Made by a program: the position numbers and the translations under genes. 64,000 nt of DNA, taken from positions 2,984 to 66,983 of the forward strand of contig JBBQZC010000003.1 in assembly GCA_038208115.1 (NCBI GenBank), read 5' to 3'. Shown one piece after another: positions 60,440-64,000 of the stretch (its first letter is position 1; each line of letters starts with the position of its first letter). The notes beneath the pieces are model-generated. The model was given only the letters and a program-made list of their open reading frames with translations, was not told the DNA's origin and made no database searches. The DNA comes from Candidatus Moraniibacteriota bacterium. Lineage in GTDB: Bacteria > Patescibacteriota > Minisyncoccia > Moranbacterales > GCA-2747515.

Positions 60440-61561
60440 ATGATCATCAAAAAAGTCTTTATAATTTCAACTATCTTGCTTCTTGTCATTGTTGTTTTTT
60501 TTGGTATTTATGTTATTGCATTTAAACCAGAAGCTACACAGAAGGTTGTTGAAAATATTGGTAGTAGCGTAGATATTGCTGATGTTGTATCAGAGAAAAT
60601 CACAAATATTACATCAGATTCAGTTGTTTCTGCGGCACTAGGACCAAATAACGATACAATTCAATATGTAGATGCTATAAGTGGACGTGTATGGACAATG
60701 ACACTCCGGGGATCAAATAAGGAGGCGCGGGCTATTGAAGCAAAGGGTGTGCCACTAAGTGTGAAGTGGTCTCAAAAAGGAGATTCAGCCATAATGCAAT
60801 ATGCAGACAAAAGCACCTATGTGAATAATTTTGTAACAAATGGACAAAATCGTTTGCGAGATGGAATGGACGATGTTGTGTGGGCAAATATGGATGGCAA
60901 AATCCTTTATAAATACTATGATGAAAAAAACAAAGAGCGATCTCTTAACATTGCAAATGCAGATGGCACAAATTGGAAAAAAATTGCTGAGCTGCCTTTC
61001 CGAGAAACAATGTTTGCACAGGTGCCACTATCGATATTTGTCGCATATTGGCCAAAAGCACAGTCTAGTGTATCTACAGAGTTATTTACTGCTAACACTA
61101 TTAGTGAGGGAGAAAGTAAAAAAATTTTTAGCGGTGTCTTTGGCGCTGACTTTCTTTTTGCACCAGATGGAAAGACTGTGCTTATTAGTTCTGTTAAGAG
61201 TGATAAAAAGTCTATTTCACTTGCAGTTATGGATAGTAATGGTCAAAATTATAATGACCTCCTCGTTCCAACATTTGTGCAAAAAGTCGTATGGTCAAAA
61301 GATGGAAAATCAATATACTACGCACAACCAACAGAAATACCGACTTCCAGTGTATTGCCAGAAGATTATCAGAATGGAAATTTTACAACCAAAGACACCT
61401 TTTATAAAATGGATATAACGACAGGCAAAAAACAGCGTATAATCGATTTGCCGGAAATAAAAGACAAAATGGACGCATATAATCTATTTTTATCACCAAT
61501 GGAAGATACTCTCTATTTTATTAACAAAGAGGACCATTTGTTATATCGCATTACTATGTAA
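60440..61561 (+). CDS. membrane-anchored protein with TolB-like beta-propeller repeats
   Basis: N-terminal TM segment; repeated DGK/S..Y hydrophobic-blade motifs (DGKILYKY, DGKTVLISS, DGKSIYYAQ). Confidence 0.45.
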   Translation: MIIKKVFIISTILLLVIVVFFGIYVIAFKPEATQKVVENIGSSVDIADVVSEKITNITSDSVVSAALGPNNDTIQYVDAISGRVWTMTLRGSNKEARAIEAKGVPLSVKWSQKGDSAIMQYADKSTYVNNFVTNGQNRLRDGMDDVVWANMDGKILYKYYDEKNKERSLNIANADGTNWKKIAELPFRETMFAQVPLSIFVAYWPKAQSSVSTELFTANTISEGESKKIFSGVFGADFLFAPDGKTVLISSVKSDKKSISLAVMDSNGQNYNDLLVPTFVQKVVWSKDGKSIYYAQPTEIPTSSVLPEDYQNGNFTTKDTFYKMDITTGKKQRIIDLPEIKDKMDAYNLFLSPMEDTLYFINKEDHLLYRITM

Positions 61562-61614
61562 AAGTAAAAATCATATTAGAACGAGCAGGATACGTCGTAT
61601 GCTCGTTTTTTGTT

Positions 61615-62901
61615 TTAGGATGATTTATTAATACGTTGGACATCATTCAAAATTGATGGAGATGTGAGTGAGAAGATGATCCAAAAAATAACAGAAAGAT
61701 CATTTTTCCAGTATGGTGTATCAAATGTGCCGGTGATAAAAATAGTAATGATTGCAAATGCATAAATGATATATACTCTATTTTTTGACTGTAAATATGA
61801 CAAACTAATTTTGTATAAAAGAAATGATATAAGTATTAAAAAAAATAATAAAGAAAAAAATCCTCCAGAAAAAAGAAGTGTGAGTAATAAATTGTGTGGT
61901 GTTGGCACTGCCCAGTCGAGATATGGTGTGAAATAGGGTTGTGAAGAAAGATAATTTATTTGAAAGCTGTCGATTTCATACCCATATAATGAAGACTTCT
62001 GTAAAAGAAAAAAAGTGGTATCAAAAATTGCTACGCGTGACACAATGGAACTTCGATGAAAATCAGGATTGCTATTCACGATTTTTTGATAACCAATAAG
62101 TCCAAAAATCACAAAAAAAATCATGATACTGCAAACTATTAATGAGCGTCTTTTTATAAAAAATAGTAAGCCAAAAAATGAAGTTACAAGAAATGCACAT
62201 ATGGACGTGAACGATTGTGTGAAAAAAAGTACGGTACAAAGAAGCATAAAAATAACAGTGATAAAGGTCCTTCTCGTAGGATCATTATAAATGAACCATG
62301 AGGTGAGAATAATGGTAAGGATTGGTGTAATAAACATTGCAAGATGATTTGGTGAAAGATAAATGAACGAAAGTCGACCATCGTAAGTGATGACATTAGA
62401 AAGGTAATAAGAAAGTGCAAAAAAAACGAAAAATAAAGAAAAAAAGACAAATGTGTTAATTAAAAATACGTGCGAACGTGGTGAATAATAAAAATGAATG
62501 GATAATAACAATCCTAAAATGGCAGGATAAAAAATCCATTCAAAGAAAACTCCGTAGGCGTGGATGCCGGGATGTAAAAACAGAGATGGTAAGAACGAAC
62601 ATACAAAACCAACAACTATTAGAAATAGTATTTTATTAGATTTCCAGAGTGGAATGATGTGATGATAGTGATAAATTAATAAAATAGCAGAAATAACAAA
62701 AATATAAATTGTAAGTATGCTGATGGAAATACCATAAAATGGTATTCGTATGGAATAGAGTGGAATAATAAAAATAAATATTCCTATCAAATAATCAATA
62801 AAATCGATTCTAGTAATTTTTTTTAAAAACTGAAACATTGCGATTAATGAATACAAAAAAATATTATTTAAAATTATATGTGAGATATACACGAAATACA
62901 C
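61615..62901 (-). CDS. polytopic membrane protein, O-antigen ligase/polymerase-like
   Basis: At least 10 TM segments; a PHNLLLTLLFSGGFFSL motif resembling the Wzy_C H-N...G..G signature. Confidence 0.45.
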   Translation of the reverse strand: MYFVYISHIILNNIFLYSLIAMFQFLKKITRIDFIDYLIGIFIFIIPLYSIRIPFYGISISILTIYIFVISAILLIYHYHHIIPLWKSNKILFLIVVGFVCSFLPSLFLHPGIHAYGVFFEWIFYPAILGLLLSIHFYYSPRSHVFLINTFVFFSLFFVFFALSYYLSNVITYDGRLSFIYLSPNHLAMFITPILTIILTSWFIYNDPTRRTFITVIFMLLCTVLFFTQSFTSICAFLVTSFFGLLFFIKRRSLIVCSIMIFFVIFGLIGYQKIVNSNPDFHRSSIVSRVAIFDTTFFLLQKSSLYGYEIDSFQINYLSSQPYFTPYLDWAVPTPHNLLLTLLFSGGFFSLLFFLILISFLLYKISLSYLQSKNRVYIIYAFAIITIFITGTFDTPYWKNDLSVIFWIIFSLTSPSILNDVQRINKSS

Positions 62902-63983
62902 ATTGATTTCATATGCAAATTTTCATAATGAGCAGCTATTGCGAGAATGAGAAGTAAAATAGGAAGAATATGTACAGAATAAATAGGTGTGTCAAAAATA
63001 GCATGCGTAGAAAATATCACTATACTAATTATAGCAAAATATGAAAAAAGTGAATCTTTATTTCTCAAAAAAATATAAATCGCTATCAAAAATGAGCCAA
63101 AAAAAGTCATAAAACCAAGTAGTCCAAGTTCTGCAAAAATATCTAAATATATATTGTGAGCATAGATGGGAGTGCGATAATCAGCTTGTGGACTTACAAT
63201 AAATGGATATGCGCCCAGTCCCGTGCCTAAAAAAGGATTTTGAGCGATAATTGCTAGTGCTTGTGACCATAGTTCAACACGTTGTGTCACAGATGCATCA
63301 CTAGAGTCAAATGATGATAAAAATCTTTGACTGACAGGATTTTGTGGTATGCATAATATAAATATAAACGTAATACATAATAAAATAATGAAATGTCGAA
63401 TTTTAGTATGAAGACGTGGCCAAAATAAAATCATCGCACATAAGGCTCCTGCAAGTAAGCCAAAATATCCTCCACGTGAGAATGTTAATAAATCAGCTAT
63501 AATAATAAATATTGTCAAAAATAAAAAATGCCATTTATGTGTGTGGTAGTATAAACCTGCTGCAAATGGTGAAATAATACCAAAATAGAAGGAAGCGATG
63601 TGTGGATCAGGGAAGAAGGCAATGCCACGCATAAGATCTACATTACCAACATGAACGAGCCAACTATTATACATTGCTACTGATGATGCAAATGTATTTC
63701 CTAAAAAATATGGAGAAATATGTGACCAAATCATTAGAGTTGAATTGAGCGGGATAATGAATTGCAAAACAAATTGCATAATTGTTATCAAAGAAATGAA
63801 AAAAGATCCATATACAAGTGCTTTGATCATATGAAGAAGAAAATTCTTGTGAGCGTGTAAGAGAGCTGTTAAAACAATAAAAAGAGGAAAAAATGATGAA
63901 AAATATAAAACCTTGCGCAACGTCCAATCTGGAACAGGTGTAAAAAAGAACGAGAAATATATCCACATAAAAAAACAAAACAA
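62874..63983 (-). CDS. O-antigen ligase (Wzy_C/WaaL) family membrane protein
   Basis: IYAHNIYLDIFAELGLLGF matches the H-N-x-Y-L-x5-E-x-G-x2-G Wzy_C motif; polytopic. Confidence 0.6.
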   Translation of the reverse strand: MFCFFMWIYFSFFFTPVPDWTLRKVLYFSSFFPLFIVLTALLHAHKNFLLHMIKALVYGSFFISLITIMQFVLQFIIPLNSTLMIWSHISPYFLGNTFASSVAMYNSWLVHVGNVDLMRGIAFFPDPHIASFYFGIISPFAAGLYYHTHKWHFLFLTIFIIIADLLTFSRGGYFGLLAGALCAMILFWPRLHTKIRHFIILLCITFIFILCIPQNPVSQRFLSSFDSSDASVTQRVELWSQALAIIAQNPFLGTGLGAYPFIVSPQADYRTPIYAHNIYLDIFAELGLLGFMTFFGSFLIAIYIFLRNKDSLFSYFAIISIVIFSTHAIFDTPIYSVHILPILLLILAIAAHYENLHMKSMCISCISHI

Positions 63984-64000
63984 TAAAGATGCAATCCATC

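Noticed and set aside
1-64000. Non-standard genetic code (UGA=Trp/Gly, as in Mollicutes/SR1/Gracilibacteria)
   Set aside because: Long conserved genes (ftsH, pnp, nrdD, pcrA) are uninterrupted under the standard code, and UGA, UAA and UAG all appear as stops.

Overview
This window is AT-rich (roughly one third GC) and looks like a reduced-genome bacterium, possibly CPR/Patescibacteria-like; that is an inference from gene content and style. Most housekeeping genes lack a Shine-Dalgarno sequence. Recognisable core genes are a partial tilS, ftsH, hisS, ldh, the class III RNR genes nrdD/nrdG, rbfA, a DHH phosphoesterase, a family-4 UDG, pnp, yraN, lspA, comM, rsmA, pcrA/uvrD, xerC/D, rplS, rluD and nine tRNAs. 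Five tRNAs form a cluster at about 42.2-42.7 kb. Seven notable regions stand out. (1) An island at about 8.8-14.3 kb with a GC-rich core is packed with small minus-strand genes that all carry strong SD sequences; it holds a family of about 80-bp repeats (three identical copies, one diverged), each flanked by structure-conserved, sequence-variable hairpins, plus a small element bounded by terminal inverted repeats. (2) Seven perfect copies of the 16-bp palindrome TGTTCCACGTGGAACA, matching the ParB parS centromere consensus, sit within 750 bp of a 1.4-kb noncoding region. (3) A DnaA-box cluster with an adjacent AT-rich tract at about 47.4-47.7 kb looks like oriC but has no dnaA next to it. (4) nrdD is split: the C-terminal glycyl-radical domain is a separate 62-aa ORF. 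(5) A cluster at about 47.8-61.6 kb resembles a type IV secretion system: VirB6-like, VirB3-like, a split VirB4 ATPase, a pilin-like protein and a large Cys-rich surface protein. (6) A region at about 43-46.1 kb just after the tRNA cluster carries a candidate ncRNA, an unknown 431-aa protein, an atypical radical-SAM protein and a SET-domain protein. (7) There are two SET-domain proteins in total, plus several candidate structured RNAs. All functional calls rest on motifs I recognised by eye, not on database searches.
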